Source of the DNA: a virus
Lineage: Duplodnaviria; Caudoviricetes
Reading direction: 5' to 3' (one strand)
IMG/VR virus record: IMGVR_UViG_2974731290_000001
Span: 1 to 64,000 of that record
Length of the DNA stretch: 64,000 bases
Part shown: positions 37,701-49,425 of the stretch, one piece after another
Numbering within the stretch: position 1 is the first letter of the stretch
Layout of the letters: every line of letters begins with the position of its first letter
Made by a program: the position numbers and the translations under genes
The notes under the pieces: model-generated
Told to the model about the DNA's origin: nothing
What the model saw: the letters and a program-made list of their open reading frames with translations, nothing else
Databases searched by the model: none

Positions 37701-40145
37701 ATATTTATCTTCTATTGAAGAATCGTTAACGGTAGTATCTTCTTCGGTCTTTCTCCACTAAGAATTTAGTATGATAAATCTCCACTATACACAATTAGAA
37801 AATCCGCCAACTATATTATTATAATCATTAAATGGATCTATTTCTCCATTTTTGTCAAACGGAACGACGTTTTCTACTTCAGATGGCGATAAATCTTTAT
37901 TTATGTCAGAACCTTTCATTATGACTATATCATCTTCACCGTATTTCTTTTTTATCTATTTTAAGACCTGATCTTTATTTGCATATACATTATCTATGAT
38001 GATATCTATAGGTTTACCTCCACAAGTACACGGAACTGTATATCCTGGTGGAATTATGTATTCCTAAGTAGTATCAAAATAAACAGATAACTTTTTGTCA
38101 CCTATTGTAATATTAAATTTTCCATACATCATTGCATCAGTATCCGATGTATCCTAAACCATTTTATACTTACACCAAAAACCAGTACCAACGTGTCGCT
38201 ATTTTTTGTCACTATTAATTAATACAATATTTCCGTTTTTACTAATATTACATCCATAATATCCAACACGCTCATCTCCATTATCATCAGTATATATATA
38301 TTTTCCTGTTATATTAAATTTTGTTGTTGGATTATCCTATTTACTCAACACTCTATAATCAAATGTAAATAATCCCATATTATGTTTGTTAATATTTACA
38401 TCATCTCCAATAACTTTAAATATACCGTATTTTATTTTACTATGAGTGTATTCGTATACATATCTGTGTTCATGTCCGTCATATGGGTTTTCATAATATG
38501 TTCCAGTATCTATTGTACAGAATTTATTATTTTTTAAAAAATTATCATCAATCTCATTAAACTATTCTAACTTATGACCATATGTAGTTATATAATCATT
38601 GAAATCCTCATTAGGTAGTGTTGGTCCAGCGTATTTACCCCAAGTACACATAACATCTGTACGAGCATAGCACCTATAACCAAATATACGTGATAATTGA
38701 GATTCTCCAGATTTTATACGTGCAATTTCTATATCTTCATATCTACCGTGTTGACGATACAAATATCGGTACCCAGTATCCCCACCAGGGTAATTATTTA
38801 TAATTCCAGATCTAACGCCATCATAATCCTGAACGTCTGTTAAATCGTATTTAATAACCTATCCATCATTTTTAAATATTGTATATATAGCTTTATTATC
38901 ATATGTGTATCCAGGGTTATCTGGTATAGTAAATGTTTCAAGCGACGTCTTTTCTTTTTCTTTTTTACCGATACACAATGAGTACGTCTAAAATGATGTA
39001 TTTTTTATATCAGATATCGTTGTACTGTCAGTAATATCTCCGACAATTCCATACTAACTATTATATGTAAATACGCCAGGTGTAATGCGTTGTGAATAAG
39101 TAGATTGTAGTTCTTCTAGTTTAAGCTTTTCTAATGTAGAATTTCCAGTATCTGTATACGTAATGTCTCTAGATATTTTAGTATCACATATGGTATATAC
39201 TTCTGCATTTTGTCCAGGTTTTATATAATGTATTCGGTATATCTTACACATATCGAATAATTTTTTATAATTATCATTGATTTCAACCTTCAAAATAATT
39301 CCTATTCCACTGTCGGTATTTTCTGCACATCCTTGTTTTTTAGTTCTATTGTTAGATATTATTTGTATTTTATTGGTCAATAATGATAAGCAGCTTTGAA
39401 TCCCGTGTTTTTTGTATAATATACATGCATATTGAACCTATCCTGTTTTTAGATTTCCAGATGTCTGGCCCATGATAATAGGTTTATCTGGAATGTAATT
39501 ATTGTTTTGTATATATTTAGTGTGTATTATATATTCATAATCATGTGTTGATATATAAGATATATCTGAGATATACTATCTTGCATTATCACTTATATTA
39601 ATCTACATCAACTGATGTATTCCATCACAAATATATAGATTTATTATGTTATCGGTTTCTCTATGAATAGATGCAGATATATTTTTTACATCTTTGTATA
39701 ATTCTGGTGTATCAAGATCACAGATGCTAAATTTTCTGTTCATCAATATTTTACCAGGATATTTATCATCTTTGTCTTCATCCTGTCCAGTAGCGACGCT
39801 TATTAGATAATAATCTTTACCGTCCCTTCTTCTAAGTCTAGATTTATATAAAACAATAAGTTTATTATTTACAGTAAACGTGTTTAATATATATAAAAAT
39901 TCATGTCCTGATCCTTCAAACACAATCTCTTTATTCTTATATGTTATTGGAGATATTATTCCCTGCTTTTCTTCTACCTAGGCCTTATTATTATCGAAAT
40001 AATCTTTTCCGTTAATTTGTCTAATATTTACAGCATGCGAATATTGTCCACTTGGCATAGAAGCAAACGATGTGTCAGAATTCATTCCGCCATTAAACGT
40101 ATTTATAAAAATATTGCTCTACTTGTTTTGTTCATTAGTATCCAT
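34764..40145 (-). CDS. tail stabilization/muzzle protein (~1,793 aa, TAG=Gln)
   Basis: N-terminal NTFNGGMNSD, central TLMPGETYRYGIVFY..G..S.V.WIADI and C-terminal RRMRGRWM, all typical of crAss stabilization proteins; all fragments share one frame. Confidence 0.8.
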
Positions 40146-40929
40146 AATAATAATCATTAACGACAGATTGTGTTATACCTATATTATTAAAGAATGTTTC
40201 ATCTCCGTCCCAGTCAGGTATTAACTTATTCCAGTCTCGTTTAATATTCTACATATCATCTGCTGTAGGCATCATTGCTTCTGCATAAGCTTGTGCACAA
40301 TAAAAATTCCACTACTGTCTTATGTAATTGTATACATTACCGTTGTTATTAACGCCTTTGCCACCAAGATGTCCCTTTAAAAACTTAGAGAAACTGAGTT
40401 TCATAACAACATACCAGTATATCGCTTCTTGATATGAGGCTAAGTCTGGTATCAATGGATATCCTCTATCATCAGTAGCTATCGCTTTGTATGATAATTT
40501 TATATATCCATTGTTAATATTAGTAACAATCCAACCAGGCTTTATAAAATATTCAGGCTTATTAACATTAATAGTTTTGTTTTTATTTGATGTACAGCAC
40601 TAATTTAAATGCTTTCTATTCGGTTCTCTAAATATTCCAGTACTAGTGCTCATAGGAACCCACGGTCCATTCTCATTTTGAGAATACGCTACACCATCTA
40701 GATTTACAAGATCGTCTGGTATTGGAACTTGATGGTCTTGTATTTTTAATATAGGTGTACCATCAGAACCAGACTCTTTTCTTATATACTACATTGGTGC
40801 TCCTATTTTTTCAATAGCCTCAAATATCCATTCTCGAATATCTGTGATTCTATTTCTTGCTTCACCGGAATCTAAATCCGACATTATCTTTGCTATGACG
40901 GATTCACATTTTGTATATTTGTATATCAT
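40135..40929 (-). CDS. tail ring/adaptor structural protein (264 aa, TAG=Gln)
   Basis: Translated by hand: IREWIFEAIEKIG ... LSYKAIATDDRGYPLIPD..SYQEAIYWY. Confidence 0.7.
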
Positions 40930-41350
40930 TTATATCTAAATAATCTTGTTTATTAAATATTAGTTGCGCTAACTTTCGTTTATTGTCACGAACTAAACAC
41001 AATTGATATCTGTATCTATCAGGGAATGTTCTAGGTATTTTAGACCAATATAATCTATATTTATATCCATTTGAGTGTTCATTTAAATGATATATATGCT
41101 TATTATATTCTTTACTAGATTTATAGTCTATAGATAAAGATTTAGGTGTAAATGTATTAGGTTTATATTTACCTATCTATATAAAACCTAATCCATAAGG
41201 CATTTTAAAGCCCTCTGAGCAGTTAAATATATGCTACAGTATAACATTACACATCTCTTCTAATATGCGCGTATACGTAAAATAATCAAGCTCTATGGGC
41301 AATAATTTATACATATCCCTGAATGTTATCGATCTTTTACTTCTAGTCAT
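40904..41350 (-). CDS. crAss-type IHF/HU-like DNA-binding protein (148 aa, TAG=Gln)
   Basis: FKMPYGLGFIQIGK ... IDYKSSKE ... HLNEHSNGYKYRLYW. Confidence 0.6.
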
Positions 41351-42050
41351 CTTGTGGTCCGTGTGGTTTAATACTAGCTAACGTTGCATTATTACTGTCA
41401 TCACTTGGTCTACCTAACATAAACGGAAGTTCATTCTTAAGTATATATTCCTTTATTTGTGGCACTAACCAATATGGAATCTTTATATCATCCTCATCTA
41501 CATCTTCAGAATCATTATCTGTAGCAAGATCTTCGAATATAGCTTTTACCCATATGTACTTTAGTTTATTATGATCTTTGGTACCTTGAATATAAATATG
41601 TCCATCGTCGTAATATGCTGTTAATTCATTGCCGGTGTATTTTCTAAAATACTGAAAATGTCTTCTAAGATGGTTCATGTATTGTATAACACAACCATCT
41701 CTATCGTGTACTGCTATAATACTATCATCATCGTCATCATACACGTTTTTTAACTTCTATATTGTACGTCGTGTAAAAATAGGACCTTCTCCTTTCTCAG
41801 GATCTATATCTTCTAGTTCTAATGGTCCTTTTTCCCTAATAAAGATATCGTCTATATAATCTTCAAGCTCGTCGTTATTAGGACACTGTTGTTTCTATTG
41901 ATCGAGTCTATTTTTTAGTAACATCTACTTATAGGCTCTAATCCACGTAGCTATTTGATGTCTAGACAAATCTTCACTTTCACTTATGTTATTATTACGT
42001 ACAATAAGAAGTATATCGTCTATAAATTCTCTTAGTGAAATGTATGTCAT
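41337..42050 (-). CDS. tail ring structural protein (237 aa, TAG=Gln)
   Basis: MTYISLREFIDDILLIVRNNNISESEDLSRHQIATWI; in frame with track ORF 41343-41744. Confidence 0.7.
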
Positions 42051-42054
42051 AATA

Positions 42055-42708
42055 TTAATTGTTTGATTCAACTATTCTTACATCATCGTTTTTAAGTAGA
42101 TCATTAGTATTTACAATTTTATACTTATATTTCTTGATTTTCTTAAAATCTAATGTAAATAATCGTTTTATAAAATTCTTTTTGTTCTTATATTCTTTGG
42201 TAGTATAAATATATAAATACTAAGTATTCTCTACATTTAAACCTATACTAACGGTATCCTTACCTATAGTATAACGTACGGTTGTTAAAGGATTATACTA
42301 TATACTATCTGTATATATTGTATCTTTTATTAAGATATCCCCCTTAACCCCCTTACTCTTTATAACGTTTATTACTTGAGTTTGCGTTGCAGCAGTTTTA
42401 ACCTGTTTAGGTTTTATTTTTAACTCTTTTCTAACACTATCTAACTTCTGTATAACAGAATCTTTTGAATTCTATAGCTGCTCCACTGTAAGTTTTAAAA
42501 CATTTGAAGCCTACTAAGAATCATTATATAATTCCTAATAGGCTTCAATATTGTTCTAAGATATTTCCAGGCTTTCTGTAAGCTTTTTATTCTATTTGTA
42601 TGTAGTTATACTGAATAATAATAAAAGTCCAACAGAGAGCCAGGAAATAGCCTTAAATAGAGTTTTACGATTAGCTATTAGATTCTTTATTATTGCTATC
42701 GCTCCCAT
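42055..42708 (-). CDS. putative i-spanin/Rz-like lysis accessory protein (217 aa, TAG=Gln)
   Basis: N-terminal TM helix followed by a coiled coil; directly downstream of the holin. Confidence 0.55.
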
Positions 42709-43207
42709 TTTTATTTTCAAAATCTAAATTTATGCCTGTATAAGCTTCTCCCTTTTTCTTAAGATATTTACCCAAAGATCTCCAAGGTCCATTAGGATAC
42801 AATGTATTTAAGTTTTCAAGTATAGACCATAGCTCGGTTAATGTAATAATAACTGTTGCGCCACCAGTAAGTACAAATACTCCAGTAGTGCCGATTACTG
42901 TAAATTCTAACAATCTGGCTAATGCTATTATTGCGAATTCAGCTTTTATCTTATTCCATGTACCTTTGCGTGTTTTACTACTTGTTATCTTACTATTCTA
43001 CATTTTTGCCACCTATATACCATATAACATATCAACAAAAGATGCAGTAAAACATGTAATTAATAGACCTATTATAGGTGTAAAATAAGCTGTCAACAGG
43101 GCTCCTGTGGCAATCATTGTCTTTCCGACAAATGTATTACCACTAATTGAGTTAATGGCAGATGTGATACTTGACCACACGTGCCCTATTGATTGCGTGA
43201 ACGTCAT
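42671..43207 (-). CDS. holin (Phage_holin_4_1-like, 178 aa, TAG=Gln)
   Basis: Several TM segments; VDMLYG ... KITSSK..KGT..K ... TELWSILENL. Confidence 0.8.
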
Positions 43208-43632
43208 TTTATAGTTATCTTGATTATTTCTTTTTCGTTAGCTTTCTGTAATATAGAAAATAACTTATTGTATGTATCTCTTGATTCGAGAACTTTTCCA
43301 ATAGCCTTATTCTTACCGACAAGAATACAACCTAATGAATCTTTTTCAGTGTTTCCTGTATGTATACGTATACCTGAAAAACCGGGTACATTTAATAACA
43401 ATGGCATCTATTTCTTAAATCTGTTACTATAACTTATTACAATTCGATATATTCCGGTAGGTATCGCTGTTTCACCATATACCTTATTAGACTTTATCTA
43501 TTGTTCTGTCATAGACTATGTTAAACCTCTGTCTGTATCTTCGAGTGTATCACAAAAATACTAATTATTTATATAAAGCTTACCTATTGTATATTTGTCT
43601 TTTTTGGCTACTCTTTGTAATAATATTTCCAT
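43204..43632 (-). CDS. DUF5675-family putative endolysin (142 aa, TAG=Gln)
   Basis: YTIGKLYIN.QYFCDTLED, ETAIPTGIY and GIRIHTGNT..DSLGCILVG motifs. Confidence 0.8.
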
Positions 43633-43635
43633 AAC

Positions 43636-45249
43636 TTAACTATTGTAAATTGAGAACATAGTATATTCTGATATATTAGGTCTATCTTTAATCAGAGCAA
43701 TAAGTTTACATTCTGTTTTATCGTTTATACCTAAAACATTTATATGGACGTTTCCTTCATCATCTATTGTACTTCGGTTTTCATCAAATCCTCCTGTAAC
43801 TTGAAGTGTAACTGCTATATATCTATTTATATCGTACTTATCGAGATCGTATGCTCCGTAAGCCGAAGAAAGAGTAATATAATATCCGGTCGGACTAGAA
43901 TCAAAATCACTAGCTGAACAAATATGTAAAGATTGTGAGTTAATCATTGGATTATGGGCTTTAATAATTATATCGAATAATCTATCATCGTAGCGATCCC
44001 TAATACCGTCAGTAGAAATTCTTATGTAACTATTAATATTGTTATGTTTCTTACTTCTTGCAAAAATTATTGTGTTGGCCTGGTGTTGTGGATCAAACTT
44101 AGAGATATCCTCTTTAACCAGAGTCAATTTGCCAAATTTATCTATAGACGATTTCGGTTCTTTGCAGTTATCTACTCTTAACTCAAAATCAAACCATTTG
44201 GCAGTACTCTCAGTAATATATTCAAATACATCTGAACCAAGTGTTTTATATTTAAATTCATATCTATTTCCTTGGTTAATTTCTCGATCCATTAAATTAT
44301 ATATACCTTCCTGTGCAGTTGTATAAGAAATATATTCATTCATCTCCGTTATAATGGGATAATACGATACGTTACATTTTATCTTAGCATTAACATTAGG
44401 ATTATTCTTGCTCGATATTATAATATAGAAGAATCCGTCGTCCTTAGCATTAACAATAAAATCACCATTTTCAGACAACTCTAATCCAGTTATATTGTAT
44501 TCATCACCTTTACCGACACTGAACTTAAACAGTTTAATATTATCCTCATTTAGTTCATATACATCATCAGTTTGATCATCCTTAAAGGTAAAACTATATG
44601 TATTTTGTTGATCATCAACATCACCAATAGCATACTTAATTCCTGTTGTAATAAATAATTCAGAAGATGTTGGAATAATGTATTCTACAACCTATTCTGG
44701 AGTTTCTTCATGAGTTAAATCAACAACACCGTTCTTAGTTACACCTTCCCCATTCTAATCTACTATTTCAAACAACACACCTTCTTCTATAGTAGCATAT
44801 TTTATATTATCTGTGCCCCAACCTTGTTTATATATGGCAGCTATAAATATAACATTATACTATCCTACTATCTGATCGTTTGCTGGCATATATGCCTCAA
44901 TATAATCATCAAATATCTTTATATCTGCCTGATAGGCATCCTTATATAGATCTTTGAACTTCTTAGACGTTTCATCAGGCTCTTCGCATTTATTTGATGA
45001 ACATTCCTGCATAACAGGACAAGATGTAGTGCAATAATTACATATTGGATAATTGTATTTAGGACATCCACAACAACCATAGGCATAGTCAGATGATTCG
45101 TAATATTTAACTTTACGATTATCTTTTACATCAGAGTTTGTTTGAACAAACAGACATCTAAGCTGCTTTATCTTAAGCTTATCGTCAGTATTAAACTAAC
45201 TAAGTTTTACACGAACGATTACATCATTACCTATTCTTATTTTTTTCAT
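43636..45249 (-). CDS. putative tail/fibre-associated beta-rich protein (537 aa, TAG=Gln)
   Basis: Starts MKKIRIGNDV, has a Cys-rich stretch, and is in frame with track ORF 43636-44478. Confidence 0.6.
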
Positions 45250-45262
45250 GTCTATATTTATA

Positions 45263-45299
45263 TAAAAAAAGCTAGAACAGAATTTTACCGTTCTAGCTT
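45263..45299 (-). terminator. intrinsic terminator after the abundant structural gene
   Basis: Minus strand reads AAGCTAGAACGG-TAAAATT-CTGTTCTAGC-TTTTTTT. Confidence 0.8.
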
Positions 45300-45306
45300 G
45301 TTATTA

Positions 45307-46374
45307 TCAACCCATTACGGGAATCTCTTCACTATTCTCGCTATGAACTGCTACGCTACCATTTACCCAAGTAGAAAGAGCAGTTATAACAGCCGGATTA
45401 GATTTATCAGTTACAACCTGATAAATCTCAACAGTCTGTTTTGTATGACGCTGAATATCGTCAGCTGCACGATACACGTTCTCAAACTCGAGAGTTGCAT
45501 AGTTATACTTAGCATCGAGCTTGGTCCTCATCTCAGGTTTAATAATAGGCCAAGTGCAGCAACAGCGGTTAAGAATACCTTCATAACCAATAGCCTGTGC
45601 CTCACGGTCACGAACAAGCTTAGCTTCTGCAGGATAAATCTTACCAGCGGTCTTTGTAACAGTTACACCTGTCGGGAAATACTTATTCTTAGAAGCAAAA
45701 CCTGCAGCATCAGGATTTGTATAATAAAGATTAACGTTAAAGCGAACCTTATTTGCTACGTTGATTGTGTCTACACTATTGTCATCATCATAAGGAAGCG
45801 CCTTAAGAGTAAGCTTACCTGCTGATGCTGATGCTGATACACGAGCACGCTTGTACTGCTTATTTATAACAGCTGCAATACCCTCAGTAATAGTAGTCGT
45901 TGTATCATCTGATTTAGGTACATACTCATAAGATTCTGTCCACTTACGGAAACGTGTAGGAAGATCCTTGAATGTAAGACGAATTACAATGCGAACTTTA
46001 CCTTCATTAAACAACTGAAGATTATTAGCACTAAGACCTGTAAAATCAACCTCTACTGTATCCTCGCTAGAAGCAACATCACTAGGCTTACCGCTAGTGA
46101 ATGACTTAATATCATCCTTATTAATAATATTAGACCACTTAATAACAGGAAGCTGAGAAGCAGTACCAGTCTTAACGTCTATCTTGTTGATAACCTTGTC
46201 TGTTACGAGACCAATCTTAATGCGCTTATTTGCATCAGAAAGTGTACTTATATATGTACCTTTGTCTACGTCATAAAATACAAACTTATCCTTGTCTGCT
46301 GTCGTAGGCTTTGTTGCTACAACTGCACCATCATTAGTGTTATTTACAAACACCGTATTTACGTATGTAATCAT
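45307..46374 (-). CDS. conserved crAss structural protein (probable auxiliary capsid protein); no TAG codons
   Basis: Uninterrupted 355-aa ORF; VRDREAQAIGYEG.LNR...WP motif; codon usage like the MCP gene. Confidence 0.7.
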   Translation of the reverse strand: MITYVNTVFVNNTNDGAVVATKPTTADKDKFVFYDVDKGTYISTLSDANKRIKIGLVTDKVINKIDVKTGTASQLPVIKWSNIINKDDIKSFTSGKPSDVASSEDTVEVDFTGLSANNLQLFNEGKVRIVIRLTFKDLPTRFRKWTESYEYVPKSDDTTTTITEGIAAVINKQYKRARVSASASAGKLTLKALPYDDDNSVDTINVANKVRFNVNLYYTNPDAAGFASKNKYFPTGVTVTKTAGKIYPAEAKLVRDREAQAIGYEGILNRCCCTWPIIKPEMRTKLDAKYNYATLEFENVYRAADDIQRHTKQTVEIYQVVTDKSNPAVITALSTWVNGSVAVHSENSEEIPVMG

Positions 46375-46452
46375 ATTTTATTTATTTAATTTTTTCTACT
46401 TCCCCTATAAATATAATACTAGACCTAACTAGCTGGGGTTTCCACGTTAAAA

Positions 46453-47166
46453 TTATTCTTGAGTATTTACTTCATTTACAATTGTCTGATATCTTTGCTG
46501 CTCTGGTATCTTATTTTCTATATACATTTGTGCAGCCATTTTTATTATTTCAGGCAATATTACGTCAGAAAACTCCACATACTCATCTAATGGGTTTTCC
46601 ATGCTTATTTCTTTAGGTTTTCTTAAATAACCTAAAGTATATTCTTTTATTTTATAATTTTTATCAGTTAACAAAGAGCAGCCATTATCCGTCTTTATCC
46701 TAAGCGGTCTTGCTTTATAATGACGATAATGGAAGTCCGTTAAGATATTATTTACACGATACATAAAGTTGTCAGCAGTACACTCAAATACACATGTAGC
46801 CTTCTCGTGTTCATTAGAATTATCAGATATTATTACATCTTCATTTAGTGCAAATAAAAATGGTTTATCGGTAAATTGATCACCGTGATATAATATGTTA
46901 TATTTATCGTATCCTGGATTAGTATCATCAATATCAAAAGTGTCTATCTTTACTAAACTGTATAAATTTATGAGATCTGCAGTACGCTTTTCTGTCTATT
47001 CATATGAAGTGACACTTGGACTTGATCCATTAAATCTTAATTTGACAAACTTATATACGGCTTGATTTAACCAGTATATAGAATCATCAGTTATTGGTTT
47101 ATCTATGACATCATCTATTTTATTTATCTCTCTTTCAAATGCACTCAATATATCAATGTGTCTCAT
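46453..47166 (-). CDS. tail ring structural protein (237 aa, TAG=Gln)
   Basis: YWLNQAV.KFVK.RF.G ... SYEQTEKRTADL ... YLRKP ... EIIKMA. Confidence 0.7.
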
Positions 47167-47873
47167 TGCTCATCTCCTCCTTTATCTTGTTTAGTTTTTT
47201 CATCAGATTTCTGTCCAGATTGTAGTTTATACTTTATATTTATATATAAATCTACTGTACCTTCAACTAATTCATCGAAACACTCATACGGAAGTTCACA
47301 CGCATAACTAACATTGTCAATTGATATCTATTGTGGCATTTTAATATATGTAAGTATTACACTGTCCAAAGTAGAATATTGATCTATATATACATCAAGT
47401 CCATTTGATATAACAACAAGTGGTTTTCGTATTATATTTCCGCTATTAAATGCCGAGTTCATTACCTAAGATATCGTAGATTCATATTCTACCAATTGAT
47501 TATTTACAGTAAGTATCTTATTGTTTTTATACGACAATTTTATTTTACTTATTGAATCTATATACAATAGATATTCATCAGGTAATGCATATGTAAAACA
47601 ATCTTTTTTAAGTGCGCGATCTCCGATTTTAACTAACTATTTTCTGCTATATAATGTAGATAAATAACTATCTAATTTTACTGATAATTTTTTATTTTCT
47701 TCAGGCTTAGACTTTATTTGATATAACTGTTTTACAAACGTATTCTAAAACTAATTAAAATATGAAATTAAATCATCTGTTTCTATTTTATTATATACAA
47801 TCATCGTAGGATCCATTGTTTGGAGCCTGCGCTCAATTTCTATGAGTAAATTTTGAGTCTATTCGTGTGTCAT
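47163..47873 (-). CDS. tail ring structural protein paralogue (236 aa, TAG=Gln)
   Basis: IEIERRLQ ... YIKMP ... CELPYECFDELVEGTV; ATGA overlaps at both ends. Confidence 0.65.
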
Positions 47874-48574
47874 GATTCAAGTGATTTAGTTTGTATTTCA
47901 GTAGATATTCTAGGATCACTAACATTCCTACATGCAAATATTATTGCAAGATTTATTAATTCTTCACACATGTTATCAGATAAAGGAAATTCCTATTCTT
48001 GTTTTTGTCCAGTTTTATCCATTAGATTTACGGTAAATTTATCAGGCTTCTTTATATATAACATTGGTAATTTTAAAATCTATTGGTCGAAAAAATCTGA
48101 ATCATCATCTGAATGCAGAACATATATACTACCGTTAGACATATATGCTACTGGTGATTTTATCCAAGGATGATTGTTGTGTGTTTTATAAAATTTGTCT
48201 GCATATATCGATGGAATAAATTTTATAATTTTTGTATAATCTCCATTAGCTACAATATGTATAGGATATAATAGATCATTTAGGTATGGAGTAAGTATAT
48301 GTAAATTACTAATTCCCATTGTATTATAAGTGGAAGTATCAAAATCCACCTGTTTATTTATAATAATAGACTATAAATCAGATATACTCTTCATGTCAAT
48401 ATCCATAGTTGTCTATCTAGGATTATTACCAGTAACCTTTTGAGCAATTAGTGCCAGAGTCGCCTTGTCTAAGAGAGTTGCAACTTCATATATCGTAAGT
48501 GAAGGATATGACGAAGATATATCAGCCTTGTCATATTCAATCATAAATTTTTTATAAACATCTCTATACGTCAT
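47870..48574 (-). CDS. tail ring structural protein paralogue (234 aa, TAG=Gln)
   Basis: FMIEYDKA..SSYPS ... YIKKP ... MCEELINLAIIFA. Confidence 0.65.
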
Positions 48575-48592
48575 ATCTTCATTTTTATTTTA

Positions 48593-49345
48593 TTACTTAT
48601 TTTCTATCTGTGTTATAACAGAAAGCTTAAGGTCTTGGTTCTTTTTTGCGTCCAAGTATGCTATAGCATCTTTGAGAGAATCAGCAAACAACTCTGTACC
48701 ATAATAATACTGAGTACGATCTTTGCGTATTACACCTTTGGCAATAGCCTCTTCAAGTATGAATTGAGTATCCTTCTGCTTGTTATTAACCCAAAGGTCA
48801 AAGAACTTCTTAGGTTGTTTGTCTACAAAATCGAATAGTGTTGATTCAACTAATTCGTTAGACATTCTTTCAGAGTTCATACCAAACAGACGCAAACACT
48901 TACGCATGTTGTCAAGTGTAAGTTTACCAAATTCGATAATAGCATCACGACGCAACTTATTGATCTTATTTGCCTCTACTGCTTCAGCCTCTCTATTGAT
49001 TAGAAGATAATCCTTACCAGCAGAAAGCTTATCCAACGATGTAGCTACTCGCTTATGTCCAGAAAGGAATTTAATCATCATAGCTTGACGTGGAACTGAA
49101 TCATCTAAAATAAGTGTTCGTGTACCAATCTTTATATTATATGTAATCCAAAAATCGCTTGTACGAGCAAGAGTACCCTTTTCGTAACCTAAAGCTTTTT
49201 CAAAATATTCTTCATCTTCAGGTGTTAAACCTGTGTATCTCATCCCGGAACGAGTCCAATAAGGCGCAATATAATCACAACAACCTTTATACTTAAGAAG
49301 ACCTGCCCAGGGGTTTTTCTTTTTAATCTTTAATTCAACTACCAT
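48593..49345 (-). CDS. conserved crAss protein downstream of MCP; no TAG codons
   Basis: Uninterrupted 250-aa ORF (YTGLTPEDEEYFEKALG ... EEAIAKGVIRK). Confidence 0.75.
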   Translation of the reverse strand: MVVELKIKKKNPWAGLLKYKGCCDYIAPYWTRSGMRYTGLTPEDEEYFEKALGYEKGTLARTSDFWITYNIKIGTRTLILDDSVPRQAMMIKFLSGHKRVATSLDKLSAGKDYLLINREAEAVEANKINKLRRDAIIEFGKLTLDNMRKCLRLFGMNSERMSNELVESTLFDFVDKQPKKFFDLWVNNKQKDTQFILEEAIAKGVIRKDRTQYYYGTELFADSLKDAIAYLDAKKNQDLKLSVITQIENK

Positions 49346-49425
49346 AATTTATAATTAGTGTGTTGTAACGTCGTACACCTGGGAATAAATCCCAGGCTCG
49401 ATCGTTATTTATTTTTTATTGTTTA

